A stretch of 34,257 nt of DNA from a bacterium. Its GTDB lineage: Bacteria; Arandabacterota; Arandabacteria; Arandabacterales; JALGWA01. Positions 9,162 to 18,216 of this stretch are shown in pieces. The stretch's first letter is position 1. Each line of letters opens with the position of its first letter. The stretch spans positions 1 to 34,257 of the forward strand of contig JASFEA010000014.1 in NCBI GenBank assembly GCA_050125095.1. Reading direction: 5' to 3'. The notes beneath the pieces are model-generated. The model searched no databases. It was given only the letters and a program-made list of their open reading frames with translations, and had not been told where the DNA came from. A program made the translations under genes and the position numbers.

Positions 9162-9908
9162 ATGACCAGAGGACTGAAGAGATTCGCTCCGGCGGCATTG
9201 GCTCTCCTCGTATGTTTTTCGGTATTTCCAGGAGCCGCGCGCGCGGGCGACCGGCCGCTTCTCATTCCGGGGGAGAACCTCGAGTTCAGGATCCGGTACG
9301 GCGGCATGCCGGCGGGCATCGCGCGGCTGAAAGTTGAGTCCTGCGAGGGACCCAGGGGCGAGCTCTACCGCATCACCTCGGAGGCCCGGTCGAATGATTT
9401 TGTGTCGCTCTTCTATAAGGTTGACGACAGGGTCATCGCCGAGCTCGATGCGGACACTTACCAAATTCGGCGTTTTGAGAAGGACCTTCGCGAAGGTCCA
9501 TTTGAAAAACACATGGTCTTCACCTGCGATGAGGACGTGGTACGGAGCGGCGAGCAATATCCCGGTCCAAAGCCCGGAACACGGGATGTTCTCTCTGCTC
9601 TGTACTACGTCCGCGGCATGGACCTCAGTGTGGGCGACGAACTCGAGATCGAGACGTTCGAGGGCGGCAAGATTTACCGGGCGCGTGTCAAAGTTATAGG
9701 GGAGGAGACGGTGACGACTCCGGCCGGAGACTTCGACTGCCTCGTAATCGAACCTGAAATAGAAGAAGGCATATTCGGCAAAGCCGGACGGCTTGTGATG
9801 TGGGTTACGGATGATGCGCTTAAGATACCGGTGCTCGTGAAGAGCACGGTCAGCGTCGGGAGCTTCGTAGCCGAGCTCATCGGCGCCAGTCATCTGGGGG
9901 GTGAATAG
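9162..9908 (+). CDS. Secreted DUF3108-like protein
   Basis: Signal peptide; GENLEFRIRYG, FYKVDD, RDVLSALYYVR, GEETVTTPAGDFDC, WVTDDALKIPV. SD GGGAGGTG favours ATG 9162 over GTG 9153. Confidence 0.75.
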   Translation: MTRGLKRFAPAALALLVCFSVFPGAARAGDRPLLIPGENLEFRIRYGGMPAGIARLKVESCEGPRGELYRITSEARSNDFVSLFYKVDDRVIAELDADTYQIRRFEKDLREGPFEKHMVFTCDEDVVRSGEQYPGPKPGTRDVLSALYYVRGMDLSVGDELEIETFEGGKIYRARVKVIGEETVTTPAGDFDCLVIEPEIEEGIFGKAGRLVMWVTDDALKIPVLVKSTVSVGSFVAELIGASHLGGE

Positions 9909-9910
9909 CC

Positions 9911-10753
9911 ATGAAGAGAACAGCTGCTTTGCTATGCGTTGTTCTGATCGGGCTTGCGGGTTGTGATTCTTGCTGGGACGACGGCTGCTGCACCGACTGC
10001 TGCGTGGACGTCGATCCCCCGGCGGTCCCGACGGGCGTGACGTCCATAACGGCCGACGGCTATGTGATTGTGCTGTGGAATCCGGTCTATCAGGCCGATG
10101 TGGCCGGTTACGGCGTGTACCGCTCCAATATCGCAAACGGGCCCTATAACAGGATAGGGGACGTCGAAGTGGATGAGGTCACCGAGTTCGTCGATTACGG
10201 GGTGGTGAACGGCATTACCTACTACTACGCCGTCGACGCATATGATTACAGCGGCAACGAGAGCGACCTGTCGTATGAGACGGTGGAGGACACGCCCAGG
10301 CCGGAGGGCTGGGACCTCAAATGGTACAGGACAGGGGCCAATCCGAGCCACGCGGCCATAGCCATAGTCCCCGACCTCTACAGGGACCTTGCCCTGGTTC
10401 ATCATGAGAGCCCGTTGGCCCAGTACAGGCTTGGCCTGGACGGGGAGTGCCTGCGGATATATCCCCTCCGGGACGCTTACGGCATACTTCACTTAATTCA
10501 AGATTTCGGATATACTTATAGTATAGACGACGTGGACGCGGCTCCGACCGAAGGCTATTCGGCCGGCTGCGACGGGGTGGAGGTAATCACCGGGCACACT
10601 TACGTGCTCCGGACCTCGACCGGCTACTACGGGAAGGTCAGGGTCGTCGCAACAGGTCCTGACTTCATTGTTATCGACTGGGCGTATCAGGTCCAGCGGG
10701 GCTCGACCGAGCTCGGCCCGAGAAGGCCGGTAGGGGATATAGTGAGGGGGTGA
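9911..10753 (+). CDS. Lipoprotein with a fibronectin type III-like domain
   Basis: Lipobox LAGC; PPAVPTGV...W...GYGVYRS...D..V.NG.TYYYAVDAYDYSGNESDLS is an FN3-type signature. Confidence 0.75.
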   Translation: MKRTAALLCVVLIGLAGCDSCWDDGCCTDCCVDVDPPAVPTGVTSITADGYVIVLWNPVYQADVAGYGVYRSNIANGPYNRIGDVEVDEVTEFVDYGVVNGITYYYAVDAYDYSGNESDLSYETVEDTPRPEGWDLKWYRTGANPSHAAIAIVPDLYRDLALVHHESPLAQYRLGLDGECLRIYPLRDAYGILHLIQDFGYTYSIDDVDAAPTEGYSAGCDGVEVITGHTYVLRTSTGYYGKVRVVATGPDFIVIDWAYQVQRGSTELGPRRPVGDIVRG

Positions 10754-10757
10754 GGAC

Positions 10758-12329
10758 ATGCGCAGCAAACTGATTCTTGCGGCGAGTCTGGCAATAGTGC
10801 TGGCCCTCGCGCTGTCTGCAGCAGGTTCTACGGTGGGGCCCCAGGCATATGTGGATGTCTGGACCGACCTCGGCGAGGGTGAAATCTACAACCGCGGGGA
10901 CGCCATCGATGTATTCGTGGAGTCTTCGTTCGACGCCTATGTAATTGTCTACTCCATTGACACCGACGGCTATATGAACGTTCTGTTCCCCTACGACTGC
11001 AGCGATGACGGCTTCCTGAGGGGCGGGAGAGCCTACCGCATCGTGACCGGGGAGGAGGACGGCTTTGTAGCCGACGGCTCCAAGGGCGTGGCCTATTTGC
11101 GCGCCGTTGCGTCGGCGACTCCCTTCAGGCGCATCTACTGGCCGGGTTGCCCGGGCTACGAGCGCTACTCGGGTAGCGTCACCTGGTCGTCCTTCGCCGA
11201 CTACTGGGGGCCTGCGCTGCCGCCGCAGATCTACGGAGACCCGTATATCGCCATGCAGTCCATTGATGAGTTCATATGCTGGGACTCCATCAACTCAGGG
11301 GCGGTGGCCATCGACTATACCTATTACTACGTGATGGAACAGGTCGAGCGGCCCGTCTACTACGTCAGGACGGGATGGAGCTGGCCGCATACCTGGTACC
11401 TGCCGTGCTCTGGTTTCTACTGGAATGCCTGCTGGGACGTATACTGGGCCGCCGGATGGAGCGTCAGCATAGGGCTCGGCAACTGCTACCCTTACTACAG
11501 TCCTTACACCTGGTCATGGTGCTCGCCCACCTGGTGCGCTCCTTCATGGTGCTATCCGGGATGGTACAGGCCGAGCTATGCATATTGCGGCCCGAGGAGC
11601 ATCTGTTGCAGGACGGGCACCTGCGGTTCATGCCCCGGATGCACGGGTTCGACCACAAGGACATACCCGAGCCAGACCAAGTACAAGAACAGCGAGTACG
11701 CAGGTTCGGGCGCGGTCGCGGCTAGAGGGACCAAGGAGAAGAGCGGGGTCAGCCGGGAGTACGGGCTCTACACCCGCGAAGACGGTTCCCGGACCAAGTC
11801 CAAGAGATATACTACCGGCGAGGACCGCGAGGGACCCAGCAGCACGGTCAGGCGGGTTTCCGATGAAGTCACGCGGGAACCCAGGGAAAGCGCGGTCAAG
11901 AGCAAGACCTCGCGCAAGATCTACTCCACCGAGACAAGGAAGTCGGCTGAGGCAAGGAAGCCAGTCGAGACAAGTAAGCCCACCGAGACAAGGAAGTCGG
12001 CCGCAAGGGAGGCCCGGCCCGTGGAGGTGAACGACGACAACACCAAGTCCACGAGCACAAAGCATAAAACCACGGACACCGGGAAATCTTCGTCCAGGGC
12101 GGTGACGACCAGGAAGTCGTCGAGCGCCAAGACAACCACGAGTACGACCAAGAAGACTACCGTAAGGAAGTCTTCGACTGAATCCACCTCGCGCACCAAG
12201 GTGAGCGAGTCCAGGACTGTGGCGCGCACTTCTTCTACTGCGAGCCCTTCGAAAGTCAGTAGTAGTTCAAGTGGTTCTAGCAAGAACCACAGGGGATCAC
12301 CAAAAACAAGGAGGAGTGTATCGAGGTAG
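10758..12329 (+). CDS. Secreted DUF4384-like protein with a Trp/Tyr/Cys-rich middle and Lys/Ser/Thr-rich tail
   Basis: Signal peptide; VDVWTD..IYNRGD..DAYVIVYSIDTDGYMNVLFP matches DUF4384; compositional bias is visible directly. Confidence 0.7.
   Translation: MRSKLILAASLAIVLALALSAAGSTVGPQAYVDVWTDLGEGEIYNRGDAIDVFVESSFDAYVIVYSIDTDGYMNVLFPYDCSDDGFLRGGRAYRIVTGEEDGFVADGSKGVAYLRAVASATPFRRIYWPGCPGYERYSGSVTWSSFADYWGPALPPQIYGDPYIAMQSIDEFICWDSINSGAVAIDYTYYYVMEQVERPVYYVRTGWSWPHTWYLPCSGFYWNACWDVYWAAGWSVSIGLGNCYPYYSPYTWSWCSPTWCAPSWCYPGWYRPSYAYCGPRSICCRTGTCGSCPGCTGSTTRTYPSQTKYKNSEYAGSGAVAARGTKEKSGVSREYGLYTREDGSRTKSKRYTTGEDREGPSSTVRRVSDEVTREPRESAVKSKTSRKIYSTETRKSAEARKPVETSKPTETRKSAAREARPVEVNDDNTKSTSTKHKTTDTGKSSSRAVTTRKSSSAKTTTSTTKKTTVRKSSTESTSRTKVSESRTVARTSSTASPSKVSSSSSGSSKNHRGSPKTRRSVSR
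11926..12001 (+). repeat. Intragenic 22-bp direct repeat (TETRKSA twice)
   Basis: CCACCGAGACAAGGAAGTCGGC at 11926-11947 and 11980-12001. Confidence 0.85.
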
Positions 12330-12395
12330 TTTAGGTGAGACTCAAGGGATCGGCGCTGCTTCATCCAGACGGGCGCTGCACGTAGCCTGTCGAAC

Positions 12396-12454
12396 GCACC
12401 GGCACCAGGGTTGCCGAACAGGGGCGGCAACCCCCGGGGCCGGTGCAGTTTTTT
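12396..12454 (+). terminator. Rho-independent terminator (long hairpin)
   Basis: GCACCGGC...GGGTTGCCG-loop-CGGCAACCC...GCCGGTGC followed by AGTTTTTT. Confidence 0.8.
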
Positions 12455-12623
12455 GTGCCTCAAATGATATTCGTGGAGATGGGGCTGCGGGGAAATCTCC
12501 GGGGCGTGGAATCGCTCAAAAATCAATGGATTCGGGTCTTAATGTGCATGGAGCTGCGCACATGCCTGATGTGGCTATCTTTTCATTCTCAATTGATATG
12601 GGAGCTTCTGGGCCATTTCTGCA

Positions 12624-12652
12624 TTGACTTGGGCATCGATTTCATATATAAT
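12624..12652 (+). promoter_or_regulatory. sigma-70-type promoter of the two-component operon
   Basis: TTGACT-N17-TATAAT, 40 bp upstream of ATG 12693. Confidence 0.75.
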
Positions 12653-12692
12653 GCCCCACGTAAGGTGTGGCTATGCATGATGCTGCATAGCG

Positions 12693-15600
12693 ATGGAGTT
12701 TCGCTTGAGCAGAGAGCCCCTCGCCGACGCGTTCTTTGGGTTTCCCGACGTCAAAGACGCCGACCTGCAATTCGTGACCGAGGCCCTCGGCTTCCTGGAG
12801 TATCCCGCCCTTGTGGTTGACAGCGACCTCAGAATCGTTGCGGCCAACTTACAGGCGCGCGACACGCTTGCCTGGGCAAAATCTGTAAGCCCGGATGAGA
12901 ACCCGGAAGGAGTACTGCCCCCGGCCCTTGCCGAGGTCGTAGCCCGGCGGCTGCGTAAGAGGGTTCACAGAATTGTGAAGGACGTGGCCGTCATCAGGGA
13001 GCCGCCCTTTCTATTCGATCTCTTTATAAGCAAGGGGCGGATCCAGGGGCAAACCTACACCTTCGTGGTGCTGATGACGGCCTCGACCGGCCAGAGACGG
13101 CGGGGCGTGCCGGCTCTGCAGCGGCTGCTGGAGGGCTTCCGCGGCGGGGCCTTCGTCACCGACACGGAAGCCAGGTTCGTGAACATCAACGGTGCCTTCC
13201 TCGACATGGTCGGGTTTTCCCGGGACGAGCTCCTGGGCCATCACCTGAACGAGTTCAACACTTCGGAGCAGGCCCTGGCCTATGGCAGGGTCTTCGGGAG
13301 CCTAATCGAGTCTCCGCGAGTCGTGCGCAGTCCCGCCGTGACCTATTCCACCCTGAGGCGCGGCGCTTTCGTAAGCCCAATGACGTCCTGGACGATAACG
13401 GACAGCAGCGGAGATGCTCTCGGTCTGGTCGTAATCGCGGGCGGCGCGTCACGTCCACGGCCCGAGACAGCCGAAATCGAGAGGCGCCATGTGCTGCTCG
13501 AGAAGGCGGCCGACCTCATGGGAGAGGCCATATTCATTACAGATCTCGACGGAGAGATCCTCGTCATGAACCCGTCCGCCGAGAACCTCATTCGCTCAAT
13601 GGCGGGCAAGCAGACCTTCAATATCAAGACCGATATCCCCTGGGAGATACCCGCGACAATAGACGACGTATTCGCCAGGCTGGGCAGGGGCCAGGAGGAA
13701 TTCCTGTTGACCACGGGCGTGCTGAGACGCGAAGAGAAGAACATACTCAGGATGAGGGCCTTCGGACTCAAGAGAGTGAGCGACGAGGTGCAGGAGGTGG
13801 TATTCGTCTGCGAGGACATCACCCAGGAGGAGTTTCTCAAGCAGACCCTTTTCCAGACTACGCGGCGCCTGGCGGAGGACAGGGCGCTGCGGGACGGGAT
13901 ACTCGACAGCGTCGATATTCCATTCTGCGTGGTCGACGGTGACCTCACCATCCTCGACGTCAATACGGCGACGGCGCGGCGGTTTGAAACGACCAAGCAG
14001 AAACTGGTCGGTGTAAAGATCACCGACATCAATCCCAATCTCAAGGAAACCGGTCTGGTTGATTACGTCGAATCCGCCATAGAGAAAGGCGAGGTCCTGC
14101 ACACGGTGGATTATTCTCATCTCAGTCACAAGGGTGAGCGGTCATCCATAGAGCTGACCCTGATTCCGGTCGAGCTCGGAGGGCGCACGGTCTGCATAAT
14201 GATTGCCGAAAGCGAGGCCGAGCCCGGGGCGGGGCGTGCTTATGAAGACATCCGCCTCAGGGCCGGCATTGCGGACGCCGTCCTGGAGGACATAGCAGAG
14301 GGCATTTTCATCATAGGAAAAGACGGCACCTTCCTCTATGTCAATGAGGGCGCGGCAATAGGGTCTTCTCTCCCGCGGGAGCACATTGTCGGGCGAAACG
14401 TGACGGACCTCATTGCCATGTCGGATGAGGAGGACCTCTTAACGGCCATGTGGGGCAGGATCCTGAGCTCGAACGAGACTCTCCGCAGCGGCGTGATAAA
14501 ATCGCGAAGCCGCGTCGACGGCCTTGAGCAATTCGTCGACATAGTCGTGAAACCCCTCAGGGGTTCGGACGGTTCGGTGGAGAAGTACCTGGTCATCGTC
14601 AAGTACCTGAGAGAGATCAAGAGCCTGGAGCACCAGGTGGCCGACTACACGGCGAATCTTGAGAATATGGTAACAGACAAGACTCGCGAGCTCAGCGACT
14701 CCAACGTGCTTCTGGCCACCACCGCCGAGCGGGTCTCGCGCACCGCGAGATCCGGGGAGATAATGGCCTCGCTCACCGACCGTGAATCGGTTGTGAGCGC
14801 GTTCCTGAGGCAGGCTAAGGACGTAATAGGAGCCGATTCCCTCAATCTGGTCATTGCGGACAGGTCGGTTTCCCCGCCGAAGGTCGAACAGCATTCGCTG
14901 GGCGCGGAGCCCCCGGAGGACAGGTCGGCTTCGGAGGTGACCGAGGAAGCTGTTTCCCGCATGATGCTGGGGTCGCCGGCGGGCAAGAGAGCTTATAAAC
15001 CGCTGGACAACCTCATTCTCACGGAGTTCAAATCCGGCAGCGAGAGCGGCCTCTTCATATGCAGGAGGAACGAGGGGAGATTTACGCCTATAGATGTTGA
15101 CCTTGCCCACCTTCTCTGCACTCAGCTCTCCTTTGCCCTGCCCGCGGCGGCCTATGTGGCCGAGCAGCGGAGAGAGAGAGAGAAGGCCGAATGCCTCAGG
15201 CGAATCGCCTTCAGGATCGCGGGCATAGCCTCCGTGAAAGAAGCCGTGAGAGCGGTGGCCGAGGAGGTATCCGCCGTCATAGACGCCGACCGCTTCTTCT
15301 GGATGGTCAAGGAAGTAGGCGACCTCGTCTGGGTAACCGAGATATATAACACCGACGGATCGGGCGCCGCCAGGTCAGCGCATGCCAGGCTCGAGGAAAC
15401 CGAAGAGGGCGCGGCAGGTCTCTTCGATATTGAAAGGGCCGGCGATATTCCATGCGAGAGACTGACTGAAATCGGCGGCTCCATCAACGACGAGTGCCGT
15501 TTCATAACAGGCGCGGACGGGGGCGGCGTAATCGGCGTGGTGCGCGAAGTGCTTCTGGAACGCGGGCTCCTGGAAGATGCGGGGACCTGCGCGGTCGTGC

Positions 15601-16433
15601 CCGTGCGGCTCACTCAGCACTCACCCAGCTATATCTGCGCTCACAGTGACAATAAGGACGCTTTCACGGAGGAAGATATCTGCTTCCTGTGTCTGGCGGC
15701 CTCCGCCGTGGGCCGGGTCTGGCTCGGAGCCGATGCGGCATCCAGTATCCGCAGGCTGGAGACCACGGGCGAGACGATGAGCGAGCTCGCCCATGACTTC
15801 AGGTACCCGATGGCGCAGATTACTGACCTTCTCAGGCGCCTGGCGTCGGGGGAGCTGAGTGGCGCCGAATCCAAGGAAGCGGCGGCTCCGCTCCTGGCCG
15901 ATGTCGAGCGCCTTTCGATGCTCAGCCGCGAGTTCATCAATCTTTCGAGCCCCGGGAGCGGCAAGCCCGAATTCATAGATCTCGTACAGGTACTCGAGGG
16001 GAGTCTTTCGCTGGCCGCGGAGGACCTGGAACGCAAATCCATCAGGATCGAGCGGGAGTTCGACCGGGAACAGCCTCTGCCGCCGGTGCTCGCCAGCCGT
16101 AACGATGTTGCCAGGGTATTCATCAATCTGATAGCCAACAGCCATGACGCCGTGGAGGAGGGCGGGTGGATCAGGCTCAAGTCGTTTATGGACCAGGCGG
16201 ACGGTGGCAGACCCAGGGTTACCCTGACAATAGAGAACTCGGGGCCGCCCGTTCCGCCGGCCATACGGGATGACCTTTTCTGCCCCTTCAAGAGCACAAA
16301 GGAGGGCGGAACGGGTCTCGGTCTGTTCTCAGCAAGGCGAAGGGCAAACGCCAATGGCGGTGATGTCTCTTTTGAAGTCGACGAAGACGGCCACGAGCGA
16401 TTCAGGGTGTGGTTCCCGGCCGCTTTCGAATAG
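12693..16433 (+). CDS. Cytoplasmic multi-PAS/GAF sensor histidine kinase
   Basis: Several PAS-like repeats (AFVTDTEARFVNIN, AIFITDLDGEILVMN, FCVVDGDLTILDVN, GIFIIGKDGTFLYVN), GAF-like segments, H-box ELAHDFRYPM, N-box VFINLIANSHDA, G-boxes ENSGP and GGTGLGL; no obvious TM helix. Confidence 0.9.
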   Translation: MEFRLSREPLADAFFGFPDVKDADLQFVTEALGFLEYPALVVDSDLRIVAANLQARDTLAWAKSVSPDENPEGVLPPALAEVVARRLRKRVHRIVKDVAVIREPPFLFDLFISKGRIQGQTYTFVVLMTASTGQRRRGVPALQRLLEGFRGGAFVTDTEARFVNINGAFLDMVGFSRDELLGHHLNEFNTSEQALAYGRVFGSLIESPRVVRSPAVTYSTLRRGAFVSPMTSWTITDSSGDALGLVVIAGGASRPRPETAEIERRHVLLEKAADLMGEAIFITDLDGEILVMNPSAENLIRSMAGKQTFNIKTDIPWEIPATIDDVFARLGRGQEEFLLTTGVLRREEKNILRMRAFGLKRVSDEVQEVVFVCEDITQEEFLKQTLFQTTRRLAEDRALRDGILDSVDIPFCVVDGDLTILDVNTATARRFETTKQKLVGVKITDINPNLKETGLVDYVESAIEKGEVLHTVDYSHLSHKGERSSIELTLIPVELGGRTVCIMIAESEAEPGAGRAYEDIRLRAGIADAVLEDIAEGIFIIGKDGTFLYVNEGAAIGSSLPREHIVGRNVTDLIAMSDEEDLLTAMWGRILSSNETLRSGVIKSRSRVDGLEQFVDIVVKPLRGSDGSVEKYLVIVKYLREIKSLEHQVADYTANLENMVTDKTRELSDSNVLLATTAERVSRTARSGEIMASLTDRESVVSAFLRQAKDVIGADSLNLVIADRSVSPPKVEQHSLGAEPPEDRSASEVTEEAVSRMMLGSPAGKRAYKPLDNLILTEFKSGSESGLFICRRNEGRFTPIDVDLAHLLCTQLSFALPAAAYVAEQRREREKAECLRRIAFRIAGIASVKEAVRAVAEEVSAVIDADRFFWMVKEVGDLVWVTEIYNTDGSGAARSAHARLEETEEGAAGLFDIERAGDIPCERLTEIGGSINDECRFITGADGGGVIGVVREVLLERGLLEDAGTCAVVPVRLTQHSPSYICAHSDNKDAFTEEDICFLCLAASAVGRVWLGADAASSIRRLETTGETMSELAHDFRYPMAQITDLLRRLASGELSGAESKEAAAPLLADVERLSMLSREFINLSSPGSGKPEFIDLVQVLEGSLSLAAEDLERKSIRIEREFDREQPLPPVLASRNDVARVFINLIANSHDAVEEGGWIRLKSFMDQADGGRPRVTLTIENSGPPVPPAIRDDLFCPFKSTKEGGTGLGLFSARRRANANGGDVSFEVDEDGHERFRVWFPAAFE

Positions 16434-16453
16434 CGCGCGAAGAGGTGTAAAGA

Positions 16454-17857
16454 ATGGGCAGGAAAGCTCTTGTTGTCGATGACAACGTGGAAGCGTTGTG
16501 GAACTGCGCAGGGGTCCTCAAAGAGAGGGGTTTCGAAGTTACGGCTTGCAGCCGTTCGGACGAAGCCGTGGGCAGGTTCAGGCAGGGTAGGCCCGACCTG
16601 GTGCTGCTTGACATCAAGATGCAGGGCAAGAGCGGCTTCGATGTCTTGAGGGAAGTCCGCGATCTGGACAATCGCGTCTGCATAATTATGCTGAGCGCTT
16701 TCGGGGACTCAGAGACCGTGGTCCGCGCAATGAAGGAGGGGGCGGACGGCTTCGTCGATAAACCGCTGGATGCGGAGAAGCTGATGATAATAGTGGAGAA
16801 AGAGCTGGCGAGCAGAGACCTTGAGGCGGAAGTCCAGGCCCTCCGGAGCATGCATGACGAAGGGCCGGCGACGGTTAAGGACCTGGTCGGCAAGAGCGAG
16901 AGCATAGAGAGGATAAGGAAAGAGATCAAGATGTACGCCGACAGCGCGGACGTGGTTCTTATCACCGGGAGGCCGGGTGTGGGCAAGAACCTCGTGGCAA
17001 GGGCGATTCACGGCGAGTCGAGCAGGCGCAACCGGCCTCTGGTCCATCGCCACTGCGGCGCTTTCGCGCCCACGGTTTTCGAATCCGCAGTCTTCGGACA
17101 CCGCAAGGGAGCGTTCACCGACGCGCGCTATGACAAGAAGGGGGCGATCGAGGCCGCCGAGGACGGCACCCTGTTTCTCGATGAGATAGGCACGCTGTCG
17201 CCGGATACGCAGGCGAAGCTGCTGCTGGTGATAGAAAGCGGAGTATACAGCAGGGTCGGGGACGAGGCAAGCGTGGAGAGGACAAAAGCCAAGTTCATTG
17301 CGGCCACAAACGAGAATATGCAGAAAGCCGTGCTCGAGCAGAGGTTCAGGGAGGACCTTTTCCACAGGCTTATGGATGCCTGGATCGAGGTGCCGCCGCT
17401 GAGAGAGCGAAGAGAAGACATTCTCCCCCTCGTGGACTACTTCATGGAGACTGAATCCCGGGCTCATCATCTTCCGCCGGTGGCGCTCTCCGGTGAAACG
17501 CGCGAGCTGCTTTACAAAAACGACTGGCCGGCGAACGTCAGGGGGGTCCGCCAGATGGTCAGAAGCGTGATCAGGGTCGGAGACGAAAGCGTGGTCGCAC
17601 GGACCTTCGCGAGAAAGCCGATTGTCTCCAAGACCTACAGCGTTTCATATGATGACTGCACCGACCTCAGGTCCAAAGTCAGCATGGCGATTGAGGAAGT
17701 CGAGAAGAACATGATCGAAGCCTGCTTGAGGAGGCACTCCGGCAACAGGAGGAAGGTCGCCGACCATCTCGACATAAGCTATCGCTCGCTGCTCTATAAA
17801 ATGAAGAAATACAAACTGCGAGACAGGGCCTGGGACCATATGCCTGAAGCGCAATAG
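16454..17857 (+). CDS. sigma-54-dependent response regulator (NtrC/AtoC-like)
   Basis: Receiver LLDIKMQG; GRPGVGKN, GAFTDA, LFLDEIG, FREDLFHRL, WPANVR; HTH GNRRKVADHLDISYRSLLYKMKKY. Confidence 0.92.
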   Translation: MGRKALVVDDNVEALWNCAGVLKERGFEVTACSRSDEAVGRFRQGRPDLVLLDIKMQGKSGFDVLREVRDLDNRVCIIMLSAFGDSETVVRAMKEGADGFVDKPLDAEKLMIIVEKELASRDLEAEVQALRSMHDEGPATVKDLVGKSESIERIRKEIKMYADSADVVLITGRPGVGKNLVARAIHGESSRRNRPLVHRHCGAFAPTVFESAVFGHRKGAFTDARYDKKGAIEAAEDGTLFLDEIGTLSPDTQAKLLLVIESGVYSRVGDEASVERTKAKFIAATNENMQKAVLEQRFREDLFHRLMDAWIEVPPLRERREDILPLVDYFMETESRAHHLPPVALSGETRELLYKNDWPANVRGVRQMVRSVIRVGDESVVARTFARKPIVSKTYSVSYDDCTDLRSKVSMAIEEVEKNMIEACLRRHSGNRRKVADHLDISYRSLLYKMKKYKLRDRAWDHMPEAQ

Positions 17858-17895
17858 AATGCGCAGATGCGCAATCGCCTGCATATCTCTTGCAG
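17849..17895. promoter_or_regulatory. Candidate enhancer (UAS) sites
   Basis: GCGCA-ATAGAA-TGCGC, TGCGCAGATGCGCA and CTGCA-TATCTCT-TGCAG palindromes, 165-210 bp upstream of the sigma-54 box. Confidence 0.5.
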
Positions 17896-17973
17896 ATTTT
17901 GTGAACTTCTTGCTACTCTCTCTTTGCATGGGCCGATCGCCGGCTGGCGTCATCACCTGAGATCTCATTCGCG

Positions 17974-17986
17974 TAATCGATTGATT
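17974..17986 (-). promoter_or_regulatory. IHF binding site
   Basis: Minus strand AATCAATCGATTA is an exact match to WATCAANNNNTTR, between the candidate UAS and the promoter. Confidence 0.7.
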
Positions 17987-18058
17987 TGAAATACATTAAT
18001 GTCTATTTTCATGCGTGCCGCGCTGCCCGGCGAGGCCTTCTAACTCATAATGTGCAAC

Positions 18059-18074
18059 TGGCATGTACCTTGCT
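18059..18074 (+). promoter_or_regulatory. sigma-54 (-24/-12) promoter
   Basis: TGGCATGTACCTTGCT, near-consensus TGGCAY-N5-TTGCT. Confidence 0.88.
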
Positions 18075-18084
18075 CTTCTTTAGG

Positions 18085-18216
18085 GTGGCTAGAGCGCGCA
18101 ATCACGTGATTGCGTCGTTCCTCACGAGCCGCTTTGCGGTAACTGGGGGTGCCGTCACGCTCCAGTTATTCTTCGGGGCGCGTCATTATGGCGAGTGACG
18201 CGCCCCTCGTCCTTTT
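18085..18216 (+). ncRNA. Putative sigma-54-dependent small RNA (~130 nt), no family recognised
   Basis: Bounded by the sigma-54 promoter and a GC hairpin; hairpins at 18096-18115, 18129-18139, 18140-18168 and 18175-18206; no SD-led ORF in the predicted transcript. Confidence 0.65.

Noticed and set aside
12515-12570. IHF-like AATCAATGGATTC and a minus-strand GG-N10-GC (AGGCATGTGCGCAGC)
   Set aside because: The -12 element is poor (CAGC) and it points at no gene; likely chance.
17986-18198. 70-aa ORF spanning the sigma-54 promoter, or a leaderless 37-aa version from GTG 18085
   Set aside because: The long form starts upstream of the promoter with no SD, and the stop lies inside the terminator stem. 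The leaderless version cannot be fully excluded but has no positive support.
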